Of a DNA stretch of 64,000 bases, positions 1-8,520 are shown piece after piece. The DNA comes from Verrucomicrobiaceae bacterium. Its GTDB lineage: Bacteria > Verrucomicrobiota > Verrucomicrobiia > Verrucomicrobiales > V1-33. The stretch is from assembly GCA_027483175.1 (NCBI GenBank), contig JAIXVE010000229.1:225-64224 (forward strand), written 5' to 3'. The position numbers and the translations under genes are program-made. The stretch's first letter is position 1; every line of letters starts with the position of its first letter. The notes below the pieces were generated by a model that was not told where the DNA came from, ran no database searches, and worked only from the letters and a program-made list of their open reading frames with translations.

Positions 1-2246
1 AGGCTGCCACGATGACGCGCCTGCTGCGCAACCAGGAGAACCAGATCAGCGACCAGCAGACGGCGATCGAGGACGAGGAATACGCCATCCTTCAGGAACT
101 GAAAGACATCTATGGCATGCCCTATGCCGGTGATGTCGGTCCCGGGAAGATTTATCCCCAGGGATATGAAGATCCGGACTATTTCCGCTGGAATATCATC
201 GACCGTCCGCTCGACTGGATTGACACCACCAAGCCGGTTACTGTGACCTATCGGTACCCGGTGCAGTATCAGACTTTCTCCGGCGAGGCCATTGATGAGA
301 TCATCAAGAGTTACAAAGGTGGGGATAAGAATGGTGACGGCAAGCCGGATACGGTGGAGAAAACCTTCCAAGTGACACCGAACCAGTGGGTGCAGTTCGC
401 TGATGTGGTTGGTCCTGGCACTGCGCTCGGCAAGCGGCCCTACAGCGGAGCGCTGCAGGACGCTCTGATCGAGGCTCAACTCTCCCAGGTCGCTCTGCTG
501 GCGGCGAGAGACGATCTGGAGAACCTGAAGAAGCGCTTCGATCGTGAGAAGGAAGTTTTCGAAGGCCTTGTGACCATGCATGCGGGCCAGCAAGCGACGA
601 CGGCGGTTATTGGAACCGCTCTCGTGGGATTGAATACGGCTACGGCGGTTCTGGAATCGATCGCGGAGGCCTCCGCAGCGGCAGCGGAAATCACCAAGGA
701 AACGGCGGATGCCGCCGCCGGAGCGCTGCCCACAGTGGTTGGCTTGGCCAACGATGTGACCTCCTCTGGTCGGGGCGCGATTAGAATCGCGGCGGGTGCC
801 ACCAAGGGATCTTTGCTGGTGTCCGCCGTGAGTAATAATTCTGCTGCACGCCAGCTCCAGGCGTTGGTCGGCGGCGGTCTGGAACTCATCAAGGAAAACA
901 CCCTGATGAGCCTCGGCTTCACCCAGGACGAACTGCAGGCCGCGTATGAATTAGAGCAGACCTACCGCGAGCTCCTCGGGCAGCACACTCGATTCACCGA
1001 GTTGATCACCGCCTACGCCACCGCCACGCAAAAAATCCAGAACTTGCTGGTGGCCGGCGAGGCGATCCGTGTGCGTCGGGAGACCTTGCGTCAGCGCGCC
1101 GCTGCGGTGATCAACGGCTATCGGACCAAGGACCTGACCTTCCGCACCTTCCGCAACGAGGCGCTGGTGCAATACCGGACCTTGTTCGACCTTGCGGGTC
1201 GCTACAGCTACCTCGCAGCCAAGAGTTACGACTACGAAACCGGCCTGCTTGGCACTCCTCAGGGGCAAGCGGTGATCAACCGCCTCGTGGCCTCTCGCTC
1301 GCTCGGGGATCTGACCGGCGGCGAGCCGCAAGCCACCACCAGCACCCTCGGTGATGCCGGACTGGCCGGGACCATGGCCCAGCTGAACGCGGACTTTGCC
1401 GTCGCCGAAGGGCGTCTCGGGATCAACAATCCGGACCACTATAACACCCTGTTCTCGCTGCGTCAGGAATTGTTCCGCATCCTGCCCCATGTCGAAGACG
1501 AGACGGCCTCCGCCGATGAGGCCTGGCAGCAGACCCTCGAACAACACATTGTTTCCAATGTCCTGTCAGATCCTCAGGTGGCTGCTTACTGCCGCGGTCT
1601 GAAAAAGGCCGACGGCAGCGCGATTCCGGGCTTCATTATTCCCTTCAGCACCACCATCGAGGACGGCAAGAATTTCTTCGGCCTCGAGCTTGCGGCTGGG
1701 GACCATGCCTACAGCCAGAGCAACTTCTCCACCAAGATCGCCGCCGTCGGCGTGGCCCTGCCGGGTTACGTTGGCATGGGTTACGGGGAGTCCGCGCAGC
1801 CGAACGCACTCAGCGCGACGCCGTATGTCTATCTGATTCCTTGCGGTACCGATTACATGCGCACCCCGCTGGGCGACACCGGGGACATCCGCAGCTGGCA
1901 GGTGGTCGATCAGGCCCTGCCGCTGCCTTACAACCTGGGAGCGAGTGATTTCAACACGACGCAGTTCTTCGGCCCGAATGACACGTTTGCCGAAAAGCCG
2001 TGGGTGATCCGCAAGCATCAGGCTTTCCGGATGGTGGCGGATTCCGCGATTTTCGAAGACGGCTCCCTGCCGACCGTATACACCAACGCCCGCCTCATCG
2101 GCCGCAGTGTCTGGAACAGCCAATGGAAGATCGTCATTCCGGCTAACACGCTCCTCAATAACGAGCAGCTGGGCATGAACAACTTCGCGGCGAGCGTGAA
2201 GGACATCCGACTATTCCTCCGCACTTACTCGAACTCCGGCAATTGA
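1..2246 (+). CDS. C-terminal part of a large protein resembling Tc-toxin TcA (helical pore region plus TcB-binding-like domain); 5' end lies before the window
   Basis: Frame is open upstream of ATG 12. Coiled coils flank an Ala/Gly-rich hydrophobic hairpin (ALPTVVGLAN). Motifs YRTLFDLAGRYSYLAAKSYDYETG, KIAAVGVALP and WKIVIP...VKDIRLFLRTY. Confidence 0.6.
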   Translation, partial: AATMTRLLRNQENQISDQQTAIEDEEYAILQELKDIYGMPYAGDVGPGKIYPQGYEDPDYFRWNIIDRPLDWIDTTKPVTVTYRYPVQYQTFSGEAIDEIIKSYKGGDKNGDGKPDTVEKTFQVTPNQWVQFADVVGPGTALGKRPYSGALQDALIEAQLSQVALLAARDDLENLKKRFDREKEVFEGLVTMHAGQQATTAVIGTALVGLNTATAVLESIAEASAAAAEITKETADAAAGALPTVVGLANDVTSSGRGAIRIAAGATKGSLLVSAVSNNSAARQLQALVGGGLELIKENTLMSLGFTQDELQAAYELEQTYRELLGQHTRFTELITAYATATQKIQNLLVAGEAIRVRRETLRQRAAAVINGYRTKDLTFRTFRNEALVQYRTLFDLAGRYSYLAAKSYDYETGLLGTPQGQAVINRLVASRSLGDLTGGEPQATTSTLGDAGLAGTMAQLNADFAVAEGRLGINNPDHYNTLFSLRQELFRILPHVEDETASADEAWQQTLEQHIVSNVLSDPQVAAYCRGLKKADGSAIPGFIIPFSTTIEDGKNFFGLELAAGDHAYSQSNFSTKIAAVGVALPGYVGMGYGESAQPNALSATPYVYLIPCGTDYMRTPLGDTGDIRSWQVVDQALPLPYNLGASDFNTTQFFGPNDTFAEKPWVIRKHQAFRMVADSAIFEDGSLPTVYTNARLIGRSVWNSQWKIVIPANTLLNNEQLGMNNFAASVKDIRLFLRTYSNSGN

Positions 2247-2821
2247 TGAAGCGCTTCGGTCTCATCGGCGCAGCCCTCGGTGTGGCTGGGTTGGCTTACG
2301 TTTTTTGGCCGGGGAAGAACTCTTCCCCGGCTCCGGCGGATCCCCCGGTGAGCCAGCGCGCGCCGACCCCGGCAGCCGTCACAATAGAACCGGCGGAACT
2401 TTTCCGACGGGCCTTCTGGCAGCGTCCCGGCACTGGTGACAAGATTCTCCACGCCGAGCGCCGCGAGTGGACGGACGCCGATGGCCTGAAACGATGGCAG
2501 TGGTTCCTCGTCGTCGAGCCATCGCCCGAACTCGTCAAGTACCTGAGGGAGGACAATGCCTTCGGCCTTGTGCCCGGTTCAGCGGGCTCGTTGAGCCCCG
2601 AGCCTCCGAGCTGGTTTGTCTTCAAGCCGGATGATTTCTCGATCTTCCGGTCTCCCCACTCCGGGATGCGCCTGATGTTCAGCAAAACCGAGAACCTCCT
2701 TTACGCCACCGATTCCGGCCAGGGCTTCACCAAGGGCGCACCTGAGCCTGCGAAAAAGGCAGCGCCACCATCCGCTTCCGGTCGTTTGCCGACGACCCCG
2801 CCACCTGTTTCAAAGCCATGA
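2246..2821 (+). CDS. Hypothetical protein with N-terminal membrane anchor/signal and Pro-rich linkers
   Basis: TGATG stop/start overlap with the upstream gene; MKRFGLIGAALGVAGLAYVFWP N-terminus. Confidence 0.7.
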   Translation: MKRFGLIGAALGVAGLAYVFWPGKNSSPAPADPPVSQRAPTPAAVTIEPAELFRRAFWQRPGTGDKILHAERREWTDADGLKRWQWFLVVEPSPELVKYLREDNAFGLVPGSAGSLSPEPPSWFVFKPDDFSIFRSPHSGMRLMFSKTENLLYATDSGQGFTKGAPEPAKKAAPPSASGRLPTTPPPVSKP

Positions 2822-2855
2822 TTGAAACAATATAGCATGGTCCAAGAGCAGGCCT

Positions 2856-3145
2856 TTGTTGTGGGTCTGCGCCGATGGCCTCGGCACCACCCGGGCCGCC
2901 GTTCCGCAACAACTGAACTATCAGGGCCGTGAGGCTGTGAATGGAGTGAACTTTGACGGCAACGGGCAATTCAAATTCGCGTTGGTGAAGGGCAATGGAT
3001 CGGTTGCCTATTGCAGCAACGACGGCATCAGCAGTGTCGGCTTGCAGCCAACCTCGCCAGTGACGCTTCCGGTGACCAAGGGGCTTAACTCGGCACTGCT
3101 CGGCAACACTGCGCTCGCCAATATGACGGCGCTCCCCCCCCCGAG
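2856..3145 (+). pseudogene. Truncated remnant of a verrucomicrobial VPQxLNYQGR-type secreted protein N-terminal domain
   Basis: VPQQLNYQGREAVNGVNFDGNGQFKFALV...SNDG...LPVTKGL...LLGNTALANMTALP, no clean signal peptide/start, similarity ends at a C9 run (3134-3142). Confidence 0.6.
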
Positions 3146-3176
3146 TGCCTTTAGAAAATGCTTAAGAATGAGTTCA

Positions 3177-4151
3177 ATGAAAACACCTGATTATACAGAA
3201 CGCGAACGCGGCGGCATTGCAGCCGACTGGTCCTATCGGCGGACGCCATGGCTCGCTATTTCGGCGATTGCGATGGGGTGGATCGCCACTGCGATGCATG
3301 GCTTCGCTGCTAATGTGTCACTGAACGGCGGATCGTCGTGGATTGGCTGGACGAGCAGAGGCCAATCGAACCAACTTGGCGTCTACGGATCGGGTACGAC
3401 GACGGATGTCTATGAAGTGTACTCGACCATTTTCAGCTTCGACAACCACTCCGTCGATAAGACTGGCGGTGCGGTTGGCGGTGGTCCGACCGGTGGTTCC
3501 ACGGGATTCGGTACGGGTGCGTTCTCGACAGGAGCGTTCGCTAATGGGAATCGGATTCTGGGAATCGGCGTGCGGAGAATCAGCGGTGCAGCCCTTAGCA
3601 CTTCAGTCCAAACCATCAGATTTGATTTGGACGGCGACAGCTATCGGGCGGCGACCACCGTTGGTGGCACCGACGGTAGAGCCAGCTTCAGTCAGAACTC
3701 GGAGTACAGGGACTTCACCGTGCAGTTCGGTGCGGGGACCAGTTGGGCCGGGACAAGCATCAATGTTCAGGCTAATGATCCTGGTCCGTTCAATAACGGA
3801 CTGCTAGGCGGGACGAACAACCAGCAGACCATCAGCTTTAATGGAGTAAGCTCCGACTGGCCGTTTCGAGCCTTTGGGCTGACGGACTCTTACCAGAGTT
3901 TCTTCGATCTCGACGCTATGCATGCGCTGTATGGCAGCAGCAACCCGTTTGGCAAGAATTCAAATTTCGTCGGCATCGGAGCACTCAACAATCCCGACTT
4001 GGAGATATCGATGAACGGTCTAGGCGGCAACAATATCGCCTTTGGTGCGCCGACGGCGGTCCCTGAACCTGCCAGCACTCTCGCGGTGCTGGCGCTCTTC
4101 TCGGGAGGTGTGCTGAACCGCCGGAAGCGTGTGGTGAGGGGTGGGAAGTGA
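3177..4151 (+). CDS. PEP-CTERM sorting domain surface protein
   Basis: C-terminal VPEPASTLAVLALFSGGVLNRRKR; signal-like WLAISAIAMGWIATAMHGFAA; Gly/Ser/Thr-rich body. Start uncertain (3168 or 3177). Confidence 0.85.
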   Translation: MKTPDYTERERGGIAADWSYRRTPWLAISAIAMGWIATAMHGFAANVSLNGGSSWIGWTSRGQSNQLGVYGSGTTTDVYEVYSTIFSFDNHSVDKTGGAVGGGPTGGSTGFGTGAFSTGAFANGNRILGIGVRRISGAALSTSVQTIRFDLDGDSYRAATTVGGTDGRASFSQNSEYRDFTVQFGAGTSWAGTSINVQANDPGPFNNGLLGGTNNQQTISFNGVSSDWPFRAFGLTDSYQSFFDLDAMHALYGSSNPFGKNSNFVGIGALNNPDLEISMNGLGGNNIAFGAPTAVPEPASTLAVLALFSGGVLNRRKRVVRGGK

Positions 4152-4177
4152 GAAGTGAGAAGTGAGAAGTGAGAAGG
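4143..4177. repeat. Heptamer tandem repeat G(A/G)GAAGT, 5 units
   Basis: GGGAAGT GAGAAGT x3 GAGAAGG, overlapping the PEP-CTERM stop codon. Confidence 0.9.
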
Positions 4178-4180
4178 TTG

Positions 4181-4267
4181 GGAGAGGGCTTGCAGGCGTG
4201 CTCCGCACGCAGAGAGAGCTGTGATGCTCCCAGCAGTCCAGAGCCTGCGGCTGGCTTGTTCGGAGGG
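4181..4267. repeat. Dispersed ~87-bp repeat, copy 1 (copy 2 at 26772-26859)
   Basis: Shared core GAGAGAGCTGTGATNCTCCCAGCAGTCCAGAGCCTGCGGC. Confidence 0.9.
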
Positions 4268-4270
4268 GGC

Positions 4271-4410
4271 AACCCCGTACGGGGTTGGGGCGATTGTTGT
4301 TGGGGAACCCCGGGTATCGCTTCGCGCCACCCGGGGCTATTGACCGGTCGTCCCTACGGGACGGTGTTGTGTTGGCGTTGAGTGATAGCCGGTCGTCCCT
4401 GCGGGACGGT
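4271..4410. repeat. Cluster of REP-like hairpins
   Basis: Perfect palindrome AACCCCGTACGGGGTT; CCCCGGGT...ACCCGGGG hairpin; two copies of CCGGTCGTCCCTRCGGGACGGT. Confidence 0.75.
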
Positions 4411-4428
4411 CTTGGGGGTGGAGAGGGG

Positions 4429-5349
4429 TTATTCTGGGGAGAGCATGGATTGGTCGAGGGAGCGGACGTCTGGGAGGAGGGCTCCGAAGAAGTCGGCGCT
4501 GTCGACCATGCGGGAGGCGAGGTCGAGTTGGAAGGTGGCGATGTCTGCGCCGGAGTGGAGGACGGCTCGTTCGAGGGCGAGGGCGAGTTGGGCTTCGATG
4601 CGGGTGAGGTCGCTATCGGCTTCGTCGAGACGCTGGCGGAGGGAGGAACGGTTGCGGAGACGTTCTTCGATGATGGCGAGGGTGCCCTTGCGAGAGGCGC
4701 GGGCGGCGTCGGAGACGGCGGGGTCGGCGATGGCTGAGCGGAGGGAGTCGGCCTGGGCTTCGAGGCCTGAGGCGTCGGTGACGGCGAGGCTTTCAGCGAG
4801 GTGCTGGTGGGCGACGAGGAGTTTGAGGTGGAGCCATTCGAGACGGTCGGTGCCGCGGAGGGAATCGTTGCGGGTGACGGAGTCATCGGTGCCGCGGATG
4901 AGGTCGCGGAGGCGGCGGCATTGGGAGTCGAGGTGATCGGCGCGGGCGCGGAGGGGCGGGGCGAGACTGTCGAGGAGCCGGGTGCGGGCGTTTTGGCGGC
5001 GAGTGCGGGCGTTTTGGCTGGATTCCGGGAGTTGGGGTGCGGGGCGGGAGTCGGGGAGTGAGGCTAGGTTTGACTCGGTGGGCGGGGAGGGATCGGCGAG
5101 GGAATCGCGGAGGCCTTCGCCGTAGGCGGAGATGACGTTGCTGATGGTTTTGCCGAAGCCGACGAGGAGGGAGAGGAGGAGGATGAGGCCTGCGAAGGCG
5201 CCGCCGATGGCGAAGATGACATCGTCGAAATCGAGGGTGGAGAGGGAGAGGCCGACGAGGGCGGCGGTGCCGACGCTGCCGATGAAGGCCCACCATGACA
5301 GAGGGACTCCGCCGAGGCGGAAGGCGTGCCATGGTGGGCGCTCGGGCAT
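4429..5349 (-). CDS. Hypothetical membrane protein (2 N-terminal TM helices, coiled-coil C-terminus)
   Basis: Two hydrophobic segments, then Leu/Arg-rich helical heptads; minus-strand codon pattern. Confidence 0.75.
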   Translation of the reverse strand: MPERPPWHAFRLGGVPLSWWAFIGSVGTAALVGLSLSTLDFDDVIFAIGGAFAGLILLLSLLVGFGKTISNVISAYGEGLRDSLADPSPPTESNLASLPDSRPAPQLPESSQNARTRRQNARTRLLDSLAPPLRARADHLDSQCRRLRDLIRGTDDSVTRNDSLRGTDRLEWLHLKLLVAHQHLAESLAVTDASGLEAQADSLRSAIADPAVSDAARASRKGTLAIIEERLRNRSSLRQRLDEADSDLTRIEAQLALALERAVLHSGADIATFQLDLASRMVDSADFFGALLPDVRSLDQSMLSPE

Positions 5350-5385
5350 CGGTTAGTGGGCTTGAGGGGCCCTCGGAGAGTTAGG

Positions 5386-6435
5386 CTATTCCCATTTGAT
5401 GTCGCTGACCTTGACGGGGACACCGCCTGCGGCGGCGGAGCGGTCGGCGGCGAAGATCACCTGGTGGGAGCGGAGGGCGTCCTTGAGGGAGGTGAGGGGC
5501 ATGTCCTCGTTTTTGGCGAGGGCGGTGAAGAACGAGTCGAACTGAGTCTGGTAGGGGTGATCAGCGACATCGCCGCTGTCGATGGGGTGGATGGAGAGTT
5601 CGCTCCATTTCGCCTTGTTGAGGGAGGCGAGTTTGTTGGTGTGGAATTTGCCGTCGAGGAGACTGCCTTCGCTGCCGACGAGGTGGGTGTGGAAGTAGTA
5701 GGGCTGGAAGCAGTCGATGACGCTGGCGCATTTGCCGGCGCGGCCGTCGGCGAATTTGAGGAGCGTGGTGGTGGTGGTGGGGTATTCGTAGACGGCGAAG
5801 TAGGGGTGGCTGCTCTGGGTATTGAGGGAGATGACGGTATCGACATCGCCATCCATGCAGAGGAGGAGAGCGTCCATGGCGTGGCAGCCGGCGCTGAGGA
5901 GACTGGAGCCGCCGCCGCTTTTCTTCTGATTCCAGCGGTACTGGCCGTACCATGGGCCGACGCCGTGGTAGTAGTCGACTTCGCCGTAGTGGACGCGGCC
6001 GAGGAGGCCGGTGTCGATGGCGCTTTTGACGGTGGAGAACTGGCCGCTGTGGCGGACCTCGAAGCAGACGCAGGTTTTGACGTTGGCCTTTTTGACGGCG
6101 CGGTCGATCTGCATGCATTCTTCCCAATTGAGGGCGATGGGTTTTTCGAGGATGAAGTGTTTACCGGCTTCTGCGGCGGCGACGGCGAATTTGGTGTGGT
6201 CCCATGGGTAGCCGGTGATGTCGACGACTTCGAGGTCGGCCTGGGCGAAGAAGGCGGCTGGGTCGGTGAACGTGCGGATGGGGGTGCCGTATTTGGCGCT
6301 GAGTTCTGCGTCGTCGAGGGGGCGCTGGGAGAGGATGGAGGTGACGCGGGCTTTGCCGGTGGCCTGGAGGGCGGGGATGTGAGCCGTGGCGGCCCAGCCG
6401 TAGCCGATGATGCCTGTATTGAAGACTTTGGACAT
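5386..6435 (-). CDS. Gfo/Idh/MocA family oxidoreductase
   Basis: GIIGYGWAA Rossmann motif, LEKPIA, GGGSSLLSAGCHAMD. Confidence 0.92.
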   Translation of the reverse strand: MSKVFNTGIIGYGWAATAHIPALQATGKARVTSILSQRPLDDAELSAKYGTPIRTFTDPAAFFAQADLEVVDITGYPWDHTKFAVAAAEAGKHFILEKPIALNWEECMQIDRAVKKANVKTCVCFEVRHSGQFSTVKSAIDTGLLGRVHYGEVDYYHGVGPWYGQYRWNQKKSGGGSSLLSAGCHAMDALLLCMDGDVDTVISLNTQSSHPYFAVYEYPTTTTTLLKFADGRAGKCASVIDCFQPYYFHTHLVGSEGSLLDGKFHTNKLASLNKAKWSELSIHPIDSGDVADHPYQTQFDSFFTALAKNEDMPLTSLKDALRSHQVIFAADRSAAAGGVPVKVSDIKWE

Positions 6436-6626
6436 GGGAGTGTGGGGGTTTGGGAAAGTGGGAGTTTGAGAAAAGAAGGCGGAGGGTAAGCGGGGAAGGG
6501 GGAGCGGGCAAACACAAGTCCGGCGCGTTTGCATATTAAATCGGCGGGTGGGGAGGGGGTGGATGGGTTTTCCGTTGCGCGGCGGGGGGAGTGCCCGACT
6601 GCTGGGGAGCGAACAGCAGCAACAAC

Positions 6627-7808
6627 ATGGCAACTATTGGCACACCGCTTACAGCAACGGCCACGCGCGTGGCATTTCTCGGGTCTGGCGAACTGGGCAA
6701 GGAGGTGGTGATTGAGTTGCAGCGGCTGGGGTGCGAGGTGATTGCGATTGACCGGTATGCGAATGCGCCGGCGATGCAGGTGGCGCATCGGTCGCATGTG
6801 GTGAACATGCTGGATGGGGAGGCGTTGCGGGCGGTGCTGGAGAGTGAGAAGCCTGATTTGATTGTGCCGGAGGTGGAGGCGATTGCGACGGACACGCTGG
6901 TGGCGATGGAGGCGGAGGGCTGGCGGGTGATTCCGACGGCGCGGGCGGCGCAATTGACGATGAACCGTGAGGGGATTCGGAGACTGGCGGCGGAGGAGTT
7001 GGGGTTGCGGTGTTCGCCGTATGAGTTTGCGGGGACGATTGAGGAATTTCGGGCGGCGATCGGGCGGATCGGGATGCCGTGTGTGGTGAAGCCGATCATG
7101 AGTTCGTCCGGGAAGGGACAGAGTGTGGTGCGCGGGGAAGGGGATGTGGAGAAGAGCTGGGTGTATGCGCAGGAGGGCGGGCGGGCTGGGGCTGGGCGGG
7201 TGATTGTGGAGGGGTTTGTGGATTTTGATTATGAGATCACGCTGCTAACGGTCAGGCATGAGGGCGGGACATCGTTCTGCGAGCCGATCGGGCATTTGCA
7301 GATTGACGGGGATTACCGGGAGAGCTGGCAGCCGCAGGCGATGAGTGAGGCGGCGCTGGCGGAGGCGAAGCACATTGCGGAGGCGGTGACGGGGGCGCTG
7401 GGCGGGATGGGGTTGTTCGGGGTGGAGTTGTTTGTGAAGGGGGATCTGGTGTGGTTCAGCGAGGTTTCGCCGCGGCCGCACGACACTGGGCTGGTGACGA
7501 TTGCGTCGCAGGAATTGTCAGAGTTTGCGCTGCATGCGCGGGCGATTCTGGGGCTGCCGATACCGGTGATCCGGCAGTATGGACCGTCGGCGTCGGCGGT
7601 GATTCTGGTGGAGGGAGAGTCGGAGCGGGTGGTGTTCGGGAATCTGGAGGGAGCGTTGCGGGAGCCGGACACGCATTTGAGATTGTTCGGGAAGCCGGCG
7701 GTGAGCGGGCGGCGACGGATGGGGGTGGTGGCGTGTCGGGCGGAGAGCATTGAGGCGGCGCGGGAGAAGGCGCGGCGCGGGGCTGGGGCGGTAACGGTGG
7801 AGTTGTGA
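6627..7808 (+). CDS. purT: Formate-dependent phosphoribosylglycinamide formyltransferase
   Basis: [39 protein letters not shown]...RRMGV. Confidence 0.97.
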   Translation: MATIGTPLTATATRVAFLGSGELGKEVVIELQRLGCEVIAIDRYANAPAMQVAHRSHVVNMLDGEALRAVLESEKPDLIVPEVEAIATDTLVAMEAEGWRVIPTARAAQLTMNREGIRRLAAEELGLRCSPYEFAGTIEEFRAAIGRIGMPCVVKPIMSSSGKGQSVVRGEGDVEKSWVYAQEGGRAGAGRVIVEGFVDFDYEITLLTVRHEGGTSFCEPIGHLQIDGDYRESWQPQAMSEAALAEAKHIAEAVTGALGGMGLFGVELFVKGDLVWFSEVSPRPHDTGLVTIASQELSEFALHARAILGLPIPVIRQYGPSASAVILVEGESERVVFGNLEGALREPDTHLRLFGKPAVSGRRRMGVVACRAESIEAAREKARRGAGAVTVEL

Positions 7809-8476
7809 TGGCCGCGGGAACTGATGAGAGGCGGGTGGCGGGTCGCTGGTTTCGGCGGCGCGGGGTGGTGCTGCCGACGTGGCGGAGTGTGGTGGCCGGG
7901 CTGTTGGTGTTAGGGTTGGCGGGTTGGTGGGTTGCCACGACGGTGCATCCGTGGCTTTGTGTGAGTGAGGTGGTGCCGGGGGCGCGGTATGCGGCGGTGG
8001 AGGGATGGGCTCCGGATTACGTGCTGGGAGCGGCGGGGGACTATGCGGAGGAAGGCGGGGTGAAGGTATTATACACGACGGGATTGCCGCTGGAGCGGGG
8101 CGGGCATCTGGTGCAATTCAAGGATTATGCGACCCTGGCGGCGCGGTCATTGGTGGCGATGGGGTACGAGGCGGGACGGATTGCGCCGGTGCCGTCGGAG
8201 GCGGTGGCGACGGAGCGGACGCGGGCGATGGCGGAGGCGTTGCGGGCGGCGCTGGCGCTGGAGAAGGCGGGGGAGGGGGAGCGGACGATCAATGTGTTCA
8301 CGCTGGGGACGCATGCGCGGCGGAGCCGGAAGATTTATCAGGAAGTGCTGGGTCCGGAGTGGCGTGTGGGGGTGGTGTCGGTGCCGAACCGGGCGTATGA
8401 GGCGGGGGCGTGGTATCGGAGCAGCGAGGGGGTGAAGAACGTGCTGGGGGAAGTGAGTGCGCTGATGGTGCAGTGA
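7808..8476 (+). CDS. YdcF/DUF218 (ElyC/SanA-like) family protein
   Basis: N-terminal TM, VEGW, TTG, INVFTLGTHARRS, WYRSSEG; TGATG overlap with purT. Confidence 0.75.
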   Translation: MAAGTDERRVAGRWFRRRGVVLPTWRSVVAGLLVLGLAGWWVATTVHPWLCVSEVVPGARYAAVEGWAPDYVLGAAGDYAEEGGVKVLYTTGLPLERGGHLVQFKDYATLAARSLVAMGYEAGRIAPVPSEAVATERTRAMAEALRAALALEKAGEGERTINVFTLGTHARRSRKIYQEVLGPEWRVGVVSVPNRAYEAGAWYRSSEGVKNVLGEVSALMVQ

Positions 8477-8520
8477 ACGGGCGGCATTGCGGAGTGCGCG
8501 AAGGCGTTGCAAGGGAGGGG

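Noticed and set aside
6540-6626. Possible ZTP or purine riboswitch upstream of purT
   Set aside because: Only a GACTG...GGGGAGC fragment; the 3' CGCCTGGGC stem is absent.
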